This document shows positions 45,543 through 55,908 of a stretch of DNA of 64,000 bases, piece by piece (the first letter of the stretch is position 1; each line of letters begins with the position of its first letter). The notes beneath the pieces were generated by a model. That model did not search any database. It was not told the origin of the DNA and saw only the letters and a list, made by a program, of their open reading frames with translations. The position numbers and the translations under genes are program-made. This DNA is from a candidate division Zixibacteria bacterium CG_4_9_14_3_um_filter_46_8 (lineage in GTDB: Bacteria; Zixibacteria; MSB-5A5; UM-FILTER-46-8). The stretch lies in NCBI GenBank assembly GCA_002791595.1, contig PFXJ01000102.1, positions 8,896-72,895 on the forward strand, in the 5' to 3' direction.

Positions 45543-46280
45543 TCAGCACCTTACGATAAAGTTCACCATCCTTCGTCTTATCCTGCCATCTTTCCTGAAC
45601 GATGGGTAATCAAAACCCGGATAACAGTATGTGCATTCCTTAGATATCTGGATATTCTGCTCGGGAATCCCCAACTCAGTCAATTGAATTTTGTTCTCTT
45701 GAGCAATATCAATTGTCAATTGCCCTTTATTATTCCGTTGATGATTTCGAAAAAGGACGGCTACTTCAGAGCTTACTTCATAACAGCACTTCTGGATGGA
45801 AGGCATAAAAATAAATTTCAATTTGTCCAAGGAGATGGCATAGTTTCTCATAGCTAAGGTCACCGCTTTAGGAGCGATTTCCCTTAGTGTTCCCCTCCAC
45901 CCGGCATGAATGGCTCCTATCATTCTGTCCTCACCAAAAAACAATATGGGAAGACAGTCGGCGGTATGAACGGTTAAAACCAATCCCCTTTTGTCAGAGA
46001 TCATTGCATCGCCGGAATAAATCTCTAACTGTGAGGAAGAATTATCTCCTGACGGGATTAAAATCCTGTCAGAATGTTTCTGCCTTAAAGCCGCAACGTT
46101 TCCGAATCTATTCTTCAACTCATGATAGATTGCCAGCCTCTCCCCCGACAGTAATTGAACACCAAATCCAGAGACTATGCCCTTTGCCGAAATCGATTTG
46201 TTTTTCAAATAGCATAAGTGGCGGCCTGCTTGCTCAAACGAGGCCACATTGGTCAAGGCGGAGAATCGCTTGTCAGTCAC
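45543..46280 (-). CDS. pgeF: YfiH/PgeF family (Cu-oxidase_4, DUF152) purine nucleoside phosphorylase/laccase-domain protein
   Basis: LTVHTADCLPILFFGEDRMIGAIHAGWRGT is the family signature. Confidence 0.85.
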   Translation of the reverse strand: MTDKRFSALTNVASFEQAGRHLCYLKNKSISAKGIVSGFGVQLLSGERLAIYHELKNRFGNVAALRQKHSDRILIPSGDNSSSQLEIYSGDAMISDKRGLVLTVHTADCLPILFFGEDRMIGAIHAGWRGTLREIAPKAVTLAMRNYAISLDKLKFIFMPSIQKCCYEVSSEVAVLFRNHQRNNKGQLTIDIAQENKIQLTELGIPEQNIQISKECTYCYPGFDYPSFRKDGRIRRRMVNFIVRC

Positions 46281-48445
46281 TATGAAATCCTATTTACATC
46301 AAAATTATCAAAATGCAGGCTACTGGCCCGCTCCACGGTAATTACCCCTTTGACATTCTTGAGTTTGATTATCGCCTTATTCAGCTGATTCACATTTTGC
46401 ACTTCGATTACCATACTTCCCTTCGTCTGCGGACCCCTATCGGTTATTTCTGCACCGCGGACATTTATATCTGCCGATGCCACCGCTTCGGTTATATCTT
46501 TGATCAGGTTTTTGCGATCCTCAACAAAGAGGTTTAGTTTTACCAGAAATGCGGTTTCTTTATCAACATCCCATTCCACCTCGATTTGGCGCTCCCTGTC
46601 GTTCATAAGACTGGCAGTATTATGGCAATCCAATCTGTGAATTGAAATGCCGCGTCCTCGGGTTATGTATCCTATTATTGGATCTCCGGGTACCGGCTGA
46701 CAGCACCTTGCAAATCGAAATACTAACGAATCAAGGCCTTGCACTTTAACACCCTTACTGACACTTCGAGCGTGCTCAAGGAAATCTGAAACGACTGTCT
46801 CTTTCCTGGGCTTCTCTTGAACCGGAGGGATGATTCTGTTGACCACCGTCACGCATGAAATTTTGCCATTTCCGATAGCAGCGAGAAACGATGGCACGTC
46901 GGTCGAATTGAGCGCCATCGCGGTATCGAGAAGGACATTGTCCGCGGGAAATTCAATATGATGCCTCTTCAATTCTCTTTCAAGAAGGTCTTTGCCTATC
47001 TCAACCGCCTGCTGAAATCCCTGCTGATAGAGCCATTTTCGAATCCTATTTTTGGCTTTTGTCGTGTGGACCATATTGAGCCAGTCGTGAGTAGGATGAG
47101 CTTGAGGCGATGTCGCGACTTGAACTTCGTTTCCATTTTTCAGCTCTGTCGATAAGGGTTTGAGCCGGCCATTTATCTTAGCGCTGGCGCAATGCAATCC
47201 CACATCAGTATGGACGGCAAAGGCGAAATCAAGGGGCGTGGAGCCTCTGGGTAGTTGTTTAATCGCTCCTTTGGGCGTATATACGAATATATCATCGATG
47301 AATAGGTCGATCTTGAGATACTCCATAAACTCTTCGGGATTAGTCATATCATTTTGCCACTCCAGGATCTGACTGATCCATGATAGACGCTTATCCTGTT
47401 CATCCGGCGCCCTTTTTCCTTCCTTATAGAGCCAGTGCGCGGCGATTCCGTACTCCGCCGTGCGATGCATCGCATGGGTCCTCATTTGAATTTCCACCAT
47501 CCTCCCTTCCGGTCCAATTACTGTTGTATGGAGTGATTGATACATATTGGACTTGGGGGTGGCGATGTAATCATGAAGACGTTCGGCAACTGGGTTCCAC
47601 ATCTGATGAATAATGCCGAGGGCATGATAACAATCCTCGACAGTCTCCGTGATGACGCGAATCGCTATCAGATCGAATATTTCCTCGAATGACTTTCCCT
47701 GCTTCTTCATTTTTCTATAAATGGAATCATAATGCTTGGCTCGGCCGGTAATCTCGGCCTTGATGCCGGCTTTGTATAATTCATGGTAAAGAGGATTTAC
47801 GACTTGCCTTATGTAAGACTCTCGATCCCGGCTACTCAAATTAAATTTTTCTTCGATGGACGCATATATCTCCGGATTCAGATATTTTAGAGATAGGTCT
47901 TCCAGTTCCATCTTTATTCGCGACATACCCAAACGATGCCCCAGGGGAGCATAAACTTCATGAGTCTCACGGGCAATCGCAATCCGCCTATCAGCCGGCA
48001 TGAATTCCAAAGTCCTCATATTATGTAGGCGATCGGCAAGTTTAATTATCACTACCCGCACATCCTCCGCCATCGCTAAAATCATCTTGCGGTAATAGTT
48101 GGCATGTTCTTCAACGTTATCAACACAGCGAATGCCGCTGATCCTGGTCAGACCGTCAAGAAGAAGAGCTATTTCTTCGCCGAAGTCCCGCTTGATATCA
48201 TCTATCTGAACAGGGGTATCTTCGACGACGTCGTGAAGGATTCCTGCCGCTAGAGTTGTGGAATCCATGTGCTGTTCAGCCAATATGAATGCCACCTCTA
48301 AACAATGGCTGATATAAGGCTGGCCGGACCGGCGAGTCTGTTCCCTATGGGCGTTAGTAGCATATTCGTATGCTTTGCGGATGAGCGGGATATTGATATT
48401 GGCGTTAAAAGCCTCAACATTGATTATAAATTCAGCTAAATTCAT
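46280..48445 (-). CDS. rel: Bifunctional (p)ppGpp synthetase/hydrolase RelA/SpoT
   Basis: HD hydrolase domain (HCLEVAFILAEQHMDSTTLAAGILHDVVEDT), synthetase domain (DLIAIRVITETVEDCYHALGIIHQMWNP), TGS and ACT regions; 721 aa. Confidence 0.95.
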   Translation of the reverse strand: MNLAEFIINVEAFNANINIPLIRKAYEYATNAHREQTRRSGQPYISHCLEVAFILAEQHMDSTTLAAGILHDVVEDTPVQIDDIKRDFGEEIALLLDGLTRISGIRCVDNVEEHANYYRKMILAMAEDVRVVIIKLADRLHNMRTLEFMPADRRIAIARETHEVYAPLGHRLGMSRIKMELEDLSLKYLNPEIYASIEEKFNLSSRDRESYIRQVVNPLYHELYKAGIKAEITGRAKHYDSIYRKMKKQGKSFEEIFDLIAIRVITETVEDCYHALGIIHQMWNPVAERLHDYIATPKSNMYQSLHTTVIGPEGRMVEIQMRTHAMHRTAEYGIAAHWLYKEGKRAPDEQDKRLSWISQILEWQNDMTNPEEFMEYLKIDLFIDDIFVYTPKGAIKQLPRGSTPLDFAFAVHTDVGLHCASAKINGRLKPLSTELKNGNEVQVATSPQAHPTHDWLNMVHTTKAKNRIRKWLYQQGFQQAVEIGKDLLERELKRHHIEFPADNVLLDTAMALNSTDVPSFLAAIGNGKISCVTVVNRIIPPVQEKPRKETVVSDFLEHARSVSKGVKVQGLDSLVFRFARCCQPVPGDPIIGYITRGRGISIHRLDCHNTASLMNDRERQIEVEWDVDKETAFLVKLNLFVEDRKNLIKDITEAVASADINVRGAEITDRGPQTKGSMVIEVQNVNQLNKAIIKLKNVKGVITVERASSLHFDNFDVNRIS

Positions 48446-49482
48446 AGTCCATGCGATTCATTCAAAAGGTAGTGCATGCATTCGCCCAGCACTTTCTCAA
48501 TCCCTATTGCGCTTACATCCGGCCCTGCAATTACACTGATATTTTCGGGGTTGGCTACTGGGGCCCAGCGCTTTAGACTATAATTTTGCGAGTCAGGATA
48601 GATAGCAACTAGGGGAGTCCCCGCGGCCGCAGCCAAATGCGCAGATCCTGTTGAATTGGTTACGACCAGACGAGACAACGAGATCAAAGCCATGAAATCC
48701 CTTAGATCACCCCAGCCTATCAGATTGATAACCCGACCATTGAGTTTCTCTGTAAAAGCAGTGGTCTGCGCTCTCTGGCTATTGTTAAAATCATCATCTT
48801 TGCCTGTCAGGATAGGTTTTACTCCCGGCAGTTGAATCAGTTTCTCCATTAATTGGATATACCGGCTCAATGGCCACTTTGGGGCAGAGCCACGCCCACC
48901 CGGGTGTATCAAAACAGCAACCTCATCGTCCTTCATTTCCATTTCAGCCAGTTTTTTGCTGGCTCTCTGCAAATCGGCACCCTCAATGTACACTTTCGGT
49001 TTGAAATCCTGGGCGGAGATTTCAAAATTCATATTGATCGCCTTGAGCATAGAAAGATTATATTCCATTTCACTTTTCAAATTCACCTTTCGATGCTCCA
49101 GAACTTTCTTATTAAATAAAAAGCTATATAAACGATATCCGGTTCCGATCCGGATCGGGATTCCGGCACCCGCTACTGCCAACGCATTGAAAAGAGTGGG
49201 ACGAAGAATAATCGCAATATCGAATTTTGACATTCGCAATATACCAACGGCTTTCTTGATATTCGAGTAATTAAAACTAAAATCCTCTGAAGAAAAACGA
49301 ATAATTCGGTCGATATTGGGATTGCCGAATAAAAGCGGAGCCGCATATTTTGAAACCATATACGTCACACTACAATCTGGAGCGCAGAGCTTTAGAACCT
49401 GCGCCACCGGCTCGGCTAATAGCAAATCACCAATAGCATCAGTTCTAACTACGAGGATATTATAGTGACTATTGCCATTCAT
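48442..49482 (-). CDS. Glycosyltransferase family 9 (heptosyltransferase-like)
   Basis: ILVVRTDAIGDLLLAEPVAQVLK ... VTNSTGSAHLAAAAGTPLVAIY. Confidence 0.8.
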   Translation of the reverse strand: MNGNSHYNILVVRTDAIGDLLLAEPVAQVLKLCAPDCSVTYMVSKYAAPLLFGNPNIDRIIRFSSEDFSFNYSNIKKAVGILRMSKFDIAIILRPTLFNALAVAGAGIPIRIGTGYRLYSFLFNKKVLEHRKVNLKSEMEYNLSMLKAINMNFEISAQDFKPKVYIEGADLQRASKKLAEMEMKDDEVAVLIHPGGRGSAPKWPLSRYIQLMEKLIQLPGVKPILTGKDDDFNNSQRAQTTAFTEKLNGRVINLIGWGDLRDFMALISLSRLVVTNSTGSAHLAAAAGTPLVAIYPDSQNYSLKRWAPVANPENISVIAGPDVSAIGIEKVLGECMHYLLNESHGL

Positions 49483-50244
49483 TCAAGCAGTTTTATTCCT
49501 CCACAACATCCTTAATTTTACATACTTGATAAATACATGCATTAATGAAAGCGATGCCGCAAGCAATCCCGGGAAACCATCAAGGAAACCACATTTAGCC
49601 ATAAACATTTTGAAGAATACCGCGAGCGGTCGGAATGCAATGTCTCCGAGACTGCTCTTCCGCCTTTTATCAAATAGCTCTAGGGCGGCCATGGTGGTAA
49701 CTCGATTCATTTTTTCAAGATAAGTTTCCATCGAGGGATCAGTGTAATGAAGCAAATAGCTTTTCAAATAGCTTGTCTTGCCTTCAATGATAACATCCTG
49801 ATGAACGACCCTGGCATTGCATCTTCCCTTTCCCCGACGAAACAATCTCATCTCGTAGCTGGGATACCACCCTCCATGCCTCAGCCAATATCCCAGGAAA
49901 TTCGGCAAACGAGCGACGTAGTATCCGGTCACGCCCCGACCCCCATCCGCCAGCACCGCCCGAATCTCCGACTCCAATTCCGGCGTCATTTCCTCGTCGG
50001 CATGAATAAAATAAATCCAATCGCGGGTGGCGAAATCCAAAGCACGGTTATAGGCATCGCCAAAACCTTGCCAGGGAATTGAAAAGACGTTCTTAGTATA
50101 TCCTCGGGCAACTTCCAATGTGTTGTCAATACTGCCTGTATCAGCAATTATTATTTCGTCCACCCAATGCAATCCGGCAAGGGCGCGGGGAAGATTCTTT
50201 TCCTCATTTAGAGTAATTAATACTGCGGAAATGGTTTCGCTCAA
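49483..50244 (-). CDS. Glycosyltransferase family 2 (WaaE/KdtX-like LPS core glycosyltransferase)
   Basis: ISAVLITLNEEKNLPRAL...DEIIIADTGSIDNT...FIHADE: GT2 DxD-type motifs; ~250 aa. Confidence 0.8.
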   Translation of the reverse strand: MSETISAVLITLNEEKNLPRALAGLHWVDEIIIADTGSIDNTLEVARGYTKNVFSIPWQGFGDAYNRALDFATRDWIYFIHADEEMTPELESEIRAVLADGGRGVTGYYVARLPNFLGYWLRHGGWYPSYEMRLFRRGKGRCNARVVHQDVIIEGKTSYLKSYLLHYTDPSMETYLEKMNRVTTMAALELFDKRRKSSLGDIAFRPLAVFFKMFMAKCGFLDGFPGLLAASLSLMHVFIKYVKLRMLWRNKTA

Positions 50245-50289
50245 TTAAATTGCCTTCTCCATTGCGCCAGAGGCGCACAAGCTGATCAA

Positions 50290-51420
50290 TTAAACGTTCT
50301 TGTCAATTAACTCATTATAAAGATCAAGGATCTGCCTTGCGGTTGATTCCCAGTTATATTTTCGGGCAAATATCCTTGCATTTTCTATTAATTGAGAGCG
50401 ATACTCAGGATTTGATTCAACGGCTTCTATCGCAGAGCAGATGTCATCTGGCTCGTAAGGAATGATAAATCGAGCCGCCCCAGTATCTATCTCAGCCCCA
50501 AAACCCTCTCCGCTGCATATCACCGGCACTCCCATCGCCATCGCTTCGATAATCTGGGGCGAGTAAACATCAGTTGCCACCGGATAGATAAGAGCTCGAG
50601 CAGAAAAGTATAAATAATGAAGATCCTCTTCCGTAACTCGGCCTGTGATTGCGAATTTACCCTTCGATCTGAGCAACTCGGTATCCTTTAGCAATTTCCG
50701 ACCAAAATCATCATCGGTTTCGGAGAGCATCACCAGGGACGGCACTGTCTGCGACCTTTGCCAGTACTTGATATAAGCCTTGATCAAATTTTGTATATTC
50801 CTTCCCGGGGCTATTCTTCCCACAAAAAGGAAATACGCTCCATTTATCGAGTATTTTCCCATAATGGATCTGGTTTTCTTTTCATCAATTGTAAGGTTGC
50901 TATCAATATCTACACCAGGTAGTATAACCCTGATATCCCCGGCTTTTTCCGGCAAGTGATCTATAATCATTTTGGCCGACAATTCCGATGGGCAAATAAT
51001 GGCATTGAACTTGCGAAGCATACTTATCCATTTAGAATGAAACCCTCGGTTTTCGAAGACCATTTCGCTGACCAGAGGCGAATAATCGGTAAGGGACAGG
51101 ACTCGTTTGAATCTCCTCGTCTCTGGAAAAAAAGCGCCGAAAGAATGGAATATGGATAGCTTCCTCTCCCGTATCAATCTTCCCGGAGAATAATAATTCT
51201 GGAATCTCAATTCTGGGTTTCCTAGAGATTGCTTTAGGGCAGTGAGCTGGTGGCGACTCCGATTGGAATATAAAACGATGCTCGAGATATCGTTTCTGTT
51301 TACAATCGCTCTCAGGAGGTTCAAAGGATATTTCGATTGTAATCGCGGCTTCTGCGCAAATACCTTGTTTACGTCATATCCCAGGATGATTTGTCTTTGC
51401 TTGTTTCTGTCTTCGAGCAT
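50290..51420 (-). CDS. Glycosyltransferase family 4 (GT1-fold, retaining type)
   Basis: C-terminal GT4 motif: YPVATDVYSPQIIEAMAMGVPVICS. Confidence 0.8.
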   Translation of the reverse strand: MLEDRNKQRQIILGYDVNKVFAQKPRLQSKYPLNLLRAIVNRNDISSIVLYSNRSRHQLTALKQSLGNPELRFQNYYSPGRLIRERKLSIFHSFGAFFPETRRFKRVLSLTDYSPLVSEMVFENRGFHSKWISMLRKFNAIICPSELSAKMIIDHLPEKAGDIRVILPGVDIDSNLTIDEKKTRSIMGKYSINGAYFLFVGRIAPGRNIQNLIKAYIKYWQRSQTVPSLVMLSETDDDFGRKLLKDTELLRSKGKFAITGRVTEEDLHYLYFSARALIYPVATDVYSPQIIEAMAMGVPVICSGEGFGAEIDTGAARFIIPYEPDDICSAIEAVESNPEYRSQLIENARIFARKYNWESTARQILDLYNELIDKNV

Positions 51421-51436
51421 ATTAGATATCTCTAAA

Positions 51437-52582
51437 CTACCTCAAAAAACCCTTATAGAAATTGATTGAATCCTGGGCCCATTTCTCAGTTGAAAATCTG
51501 GTCTGTGCTTGCAATAGGTTATGGGCTCCGAATGAGTCTCTTCTATCAGTATCATCCAACAAGATTTTGACCGCATTGGCGAAACCATCGATATCGCCTG
51601 CCTTCACCAGGAATCCGCCTTCGCCGTCATCGATTATTTCTGCCAGAGCATTGACATTGCTGGCCACGATCGGTTTTCCTGAAGCCATAAATTCGAGGGC
51701 TACCCGCGCTATCATTTCCGACCCCAGTGATGGAATTACAGCGATATCGGTGATTTGAAGGATCGCTCTGACATCATCGACTTGTCCGATGATCGTAAAT
51801 TTCTCAGGATCGCCATACTTATCTATCAAGCGATGCAAATCATCGATTCTCACTTCATATTCCTTGCCAGCTATGAGGAAATGGACATTGCGCAGATCAT
51901 TCAAGAGTCCAGCCATCCTAATGAATACTTCATGACCTTTGATGGGAGAAAGCCGTCCCAAGATAGTCACTACCCGATCTCCATCTTTGATTCCATATTT
52001 TCCTTTGAGTTCGACTTGATTTAGCGGTTTCCGATAATGTTCGTATTCTATCCCAGCGGGAATTGTAATCACCATAGAGGAATCAATCCGGAATGTTTTT
52101 AAATACCGGCGGCGATGTTTATCGGTCGGGCAAATGATTCCGTCGGTCGCTTTGCCATAAAGCAACCTATTATATGAATCACTTCGTGGAGGCCGGACAT
52201 CGCCTCGGACTCTGATTAACACATAATCTAACCCAAAAATCATTTTCGCTAAGGCAGCAGCCACATGGGCCTCTCCCCTATGGGCAACCACTATCTCAAA
52301 TCCCTTCTCTTTAGACAACTTTCTTAGCCACATCAAGTTCTTTATCAGATTAGGGAAATAAGATGAAAATTGCGGCCTTAAATCGAATTCAAGTCCCCAA
52401 TCTCTCGCCAGGGAGATGTAAGGGTTATCCCCATCACCTGCGAGCAACACATTATGGCCCAGCCTCTTCTGCGCCGCCGCCAATGCCAGGGCATAATAAG
52501 CGCAGGCATTATACCAGCGGACATTGATCAGGTGAACGATATTGAGTTGCGCCATATCTTCCATGAGTTTATCAATACACAA
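51437..52582 (-). CDS. Glycosyltransferase family 4
   Basis: ILGRLSPIKGHEVFI...IPSLGSEMIARVALEFMASGKPIVASNV (EX7E-type motif region). Confidence 0.8.
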   Translation of the reverse strand: MCIDKLMEDMAQLNIVHLINVRWYNACAYYALALAAAQKRLGHNVLLAGDGDNPYISLARDWGLEFDLRPQFSSYFPNLIKNLMWLRKLSKEKGFEIVVAHRGEAHVAAALAKMIFGLDYVLIRVRGDVRPPRSDSYNRLLYGKATDGIICPTDKHRRRYLKTFRIDSSMVITIPAGIEYEHYRKPLNQVELKGKYGIKDGDRVVTILGRLSPIKGHEVFIRMAGLLNDLRNVHFLIAGKEYEVRIDDLHRLIDKYGDPEKFTIIGQVDDVRAILQITDIAVIPSLGSEMIARVALEFMASGKPIVASNVNALAEIIDDGEGGFLVKAGDIDGFANAVKILLDDTDRRDSFGAHNLLQAQTRFSTEKWAQDSINFYKGFLR

Positions 52583-52725
52583 TTCGCATTCATCATTGCC
52601 AGATGCATCATTCTCAAAATGCGATCCGAGCGAATCCCATTCTGGCTTTGCCCATCAGAATAATGCATCTAAATATTGATTATGATATGTCTTAAGTCAA
52701 ATGAATATAAGGAAGGATTATCAAA

Positions 52726-54639
52726 TCAAAATGTGATCGGGATTGTTGAAACCGCGCCGATTCCATTTTCCACTAATTTTTGCTCCTTATTTTCAATTGG
52801 TAAATAGATGGAGAATAAAGTCCCCTTTCCACTCCGACTGTGGACCTTGACAATCCCATTATGCAGTGCAATGATTTTTCTCACGATAGCCAAACCGAGA
52901 CCGCTGCCATGATCTTTGTCTGTGACAAACGGATCGAAAATCTTTTTCAAATATTCAGATTCAATTCCTTTGCCGCTGTCAGCGATGACAATTTTGATGT
53001 ATTCGGTCGCACGACCTTGAATGAAATCGGGGGAATTGACCCTGATTGACACCGCCTTGATAACGATCTCACCGTTGTCATTAGATGCTTCTTGGGCGTT
53101 TTTTAGAATATTGCAAAGACATTGCTTTATGAGCTGATAATCACCCATAATGCTTGGCAGGACTGGCGATATTATTTTCCTAATGTTAATATATTCATTG
53201 GATGTTTTCAGGTAATTAATGCAATCATTTATCAGCCCGCAGATTTCGATGGTATCCTTGCTGATCTCAACTGGGCGCGCAAAGGCAAGGAATTTTCTCA
53301 TCAACGTTTCCATTTCTCTTGATTCCTTAACGATATCGCCGGATAAACTTCGGACCCTTTCAGCATCATCAGCAAATTTCGATATCAGTTTTCCGAATCC
53401 CGATATTGCTGCAGCCGAGTTTCTGATCTCATGAGCCATGCCAGCGGACATTTCTCCAAGAGCCGCCATCTTCTCCCTGTATGAAGTTTCCGATTCGATC
53501 TTCTTTATTTGAGTCAAATCCAGCAATAATATCGCCACCCCGATTGTCTGGCGATTTTCATTTGTAATAAGCGATGACGTTGCACCCAAGGTCTTGTTCC
53601 GTCCACCTCTTTGCAGAAGATTGATTTCGACCCTGGAATAGGTTTTTGCGGCTTCAAGCGCATTACGGATCAAATGCTTGATTTCAGGATGCATGGCAAA
53701 AGCCTTCTCATATTCCCTGCCTAATATAGAATTGACTTCGAGTTCAAGAATCCCGGATGCGGAAGGATTGAATCGGATTACAACCCCTTCTTTGTCAATA
53801 ACGATTACGCCCGAGGAAATTCCTCCGAAAATATAATCATAATTGCTGGTCAGACCCAAGGTTTTTCTGCTATCACGGAGCGTCATCTGGCGCAGTTCAG
53901 TTTCTTTCCTCTTAAGTTCATTTACTACTTCATCAAAAGCCTTTTCAGCATCATCGGGATCGTCGATATCAAGGGCTCGATCATTCAATGTTGAAGCCGC
54001 TAATATCCTTATATTAGAATAGGGCCTGGTTATCATTCGAATGACAAGTATTCCGAATATGATTACTGAGGCGATTCCCGCCAATCTGAAAATATTATCC
54101 CATCGAGCGGCATTGGAGAAATTACTGAACCAACCAATGCGGCTTTTTAGAATAAGCAGCGATTCAACTTTACCTTGAGGATTGACGTCGAATGGGATAT
54201 ATCCAATATGCAATTCCGCATCGGGATGAAATTCATACGACTCAACATTATCAAAGCCATCTTTGAGTCGAGCCTTCGAGAATTGAGGGCCAGTTATTTT
54301 CCCTGACTCGAAATCGATTCGCCTAATTATTTCAACAGCTATCCCGTATTCTTCCCCATATAGGGTATTAATGGAATTGAGCGCTTCGGGGTTGCCCGAT
54401 GAGTAAAAAAGCGCGTTTTTGCACAACCCGGCGATCTGACGTTGGTTAATTGAATGATAAGCAAGGAATAGCTCCTGCGTCCGTTTGAAAAGAAAGGAAG
54501 ACGCAAAATTGCTGATCACCAGAATTAACAGCATCAGCATTATTGAAAGTTTGACTTTGGCCTCGTAGCGGGAGAATCGTCCATTCATTTCAATAGTTTC
54601 CGTCCCTTTCTTAGTTAATCGGAATGAAACTGAGGGCAC
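52726..54639 (-). CDS. Membrane sensor histidine kinase (two TM helices flanking a periplasmic domain, a PAS-like domain, HisKA, HATPase_c)
   Basis: H-box MAHEIRNSAAAISG; N-box LIKQCLCNILKNAQEA; G1 IADSGKGI; G2 GSGLGLAIVRKI; N-terminal TM helices. Confidence 0.85.
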   Translation of the reverse strand: MPSVSFRLTKKGTETIEMNGRFSRYEAKVKLSIMLMLLILVISNFASSFLFKRTQELFLAYHSINQRQIAGLCKNALFYSSGNPEALNSINTLYGEEYGIAVEIIRRIDFESGKITGPQFSKARLKDGFDNVESYEFHPDAELHIGYIPFDVNPQGKVESLLILKSRIGWFSNFSNAARWDNIFRLAGIASVIIFGILVIRMITRPYSNIRILAASTLNDRALDIDDPDDAEKAFDEVVNELKRKETELRQMTLRDSRKTLGLTSNYDYIFGGISSGVIVIDKEGVVIRFNPSASGILELEVNSILGREYEKAFAMHPEIKHLIRNALEAAKTYSRVEINLLQRGGRNKTLGATSSLITNENRQTIGVAILLLDLTQIKKIESETSYREKMAALGEMSAGMAHEIRNSAAAISGFGKLISKFADDAERVRSLSGDIVKESREMETLMRKFLAFARPVEISKDTIEICGLINDCINYLKTSNEYINIRKIISPVLPSIMGDYQLIKQCLCNILKNAQEASNDNGEIVIKAVSIRVNSPDFIQGRATEYIKIVIADSGKGIESEYLKKIFDPFVTDKDHGSGLGLAIVRKIIALHNGIVKVHSRSGKGTLFSIYLPIENKEQKLVENGIGAVSTIPITF

Positions 54640-54753
54640 TTGAAATGAATCTAAATGCCCTAAAGTAATTGCCGATAATATTAATGAATTAAATTATGGC
54701 GGACTAAATTGATGCCTAATGGTTCTACATTATGAAATAGGATTGATAGCGCC

Positions 54754-55542
54754 TTGACGACCCAAAAGATTTCCCGAGTTCAAAATCCTTTAGAAAATGG
54801 CGAGGACCAGATACAGACCTTTCTTTATGCTATCATTCATGATTTGCGAAGCCCGCTGATTTCGGTCGAAGGCTATGCCAGACGCTTGAAGAAGGAATTA
54901 GGCTTCAATGTTTCTGAGGAAGCTCTAACATATCTTCATTACATCCAGGAATCAGCATCGCATATGAATGACCTGCTTGATGACCTAATGGATTTAGCCC
55001 AGCTTGGAAATGTGGACAATACTGCCGCGATCCTAAATACTCAATCCCTGATTTCTGATGTGTTGAATGAGATGCGGCAGTCGCCAAATGGAGGCGCAAT
55101 AAACTTCCAGGTGCAATCCGACCTTCCTCAAATCCTCTGCAACAAGAAGAGAGCTTATCAAGTCTTCACCAACGTCATCGGGAACGCAGTGAAGTTCATT
55201 GGAAATACGAAATCTCCAAGGATTAGGATCGGATTTACTGGTAACGAGTTTCTTGTTGAAGATAATGGTCCGGGCATAGCTTCCGAACATCACCAGAAGA
55301 TATTCGAACTTTTCGCACGTTTCAACGCCGAAGGGATAGAAGGAGCTGGTATCGGCTTGCCAACGACTCGTAAGATCTTGGAATCTATGGGAGGCAGTAT
55401 CCGCGTGGAATCCAATCCTGGTCAGGGGGCCGCCTTCTATTTGAAACTCCCTTTGCCCAACAAGCAAAACAACTTGCATCAGCCCTTTGAAGGACAACGT
55501 GAATTAATCCTCAAGAATGCCCCAGCTACTTGCCGGAAATAA
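54754..55542 (+). CDS. Cytoplasmic histidine kinase core (DHp plus CA only, no sensor domain)
   Basis: H-box YAIIHDLRSPLISVEGYARRL; N-box FTNVIGNAVKF; G1 VEDNGPGI; G2 GAGIGLPTTRKI. Confidence 0.85.
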   Translation: MTTQKISRVQNPLENGEDQIQTFLYAIIHDLRSPLISVEGYARRLKKELGFNVSEEALTYLHYIQESASHMNDLLDDLMDLAQLGNVDNTAAILNTQSLISDVLNEMRQSPNGGAINFQVQSDLPQILCNKKRAYQVFTNVIGNAVKFIGNTKSPRIRIGFTGNEFLVEDNGPGIASEHHQKIFELFARFNAEGIEGAGIGLPTTRKILESMGGSIRVESNPGQGAAFYLKLPLPNKQNNLHQPFEGQRELILKNAPATCRK

Positions 55543-55832
55543 AGCAGGCTTTTTCTAAGAATACTATTCGTGCATTCAGTGATTTTGGAATCTCTTGAAT
55601 CGTGTAATTTATAGCTTCTTTGAATTCGCCATTGAAGTAGCCGTATCACCGCCTTACGGGGGAGACTTTACCGATTGAAGCGCAAATCGTCCTTATAATG
55701 ATTTAGATAGCTGTTAAATCGCGGTGGCCATTCATTCCCGCGGCTATTTTATTTATCCCGGCCGAGCATTATCCAACCTTCAATCTTTGGACGCCTCATC
55801 CAATTTTATGTTGCCAAAATTGGGATATTTAT

Positions 55833-55840
55833 TATATTTG
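55833..55840 (+). promoter_or_regulatory. Bacteroidetes/FCB-type -7 promoter motif (TAnnTTTG) upstream of the T9SS cargo gene
   Basis: TATATTTG about 68 bp upstream of the start; T-rich region about 20 bp further upstream. Confidence 0.25.
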
Positions 55841-55908
55841 CAAAAAGCTATGATTTCCTCTGAAAATAATAATTCCTAATAATAAACCTTTGGTAATGAG
55901 GTGAGATT

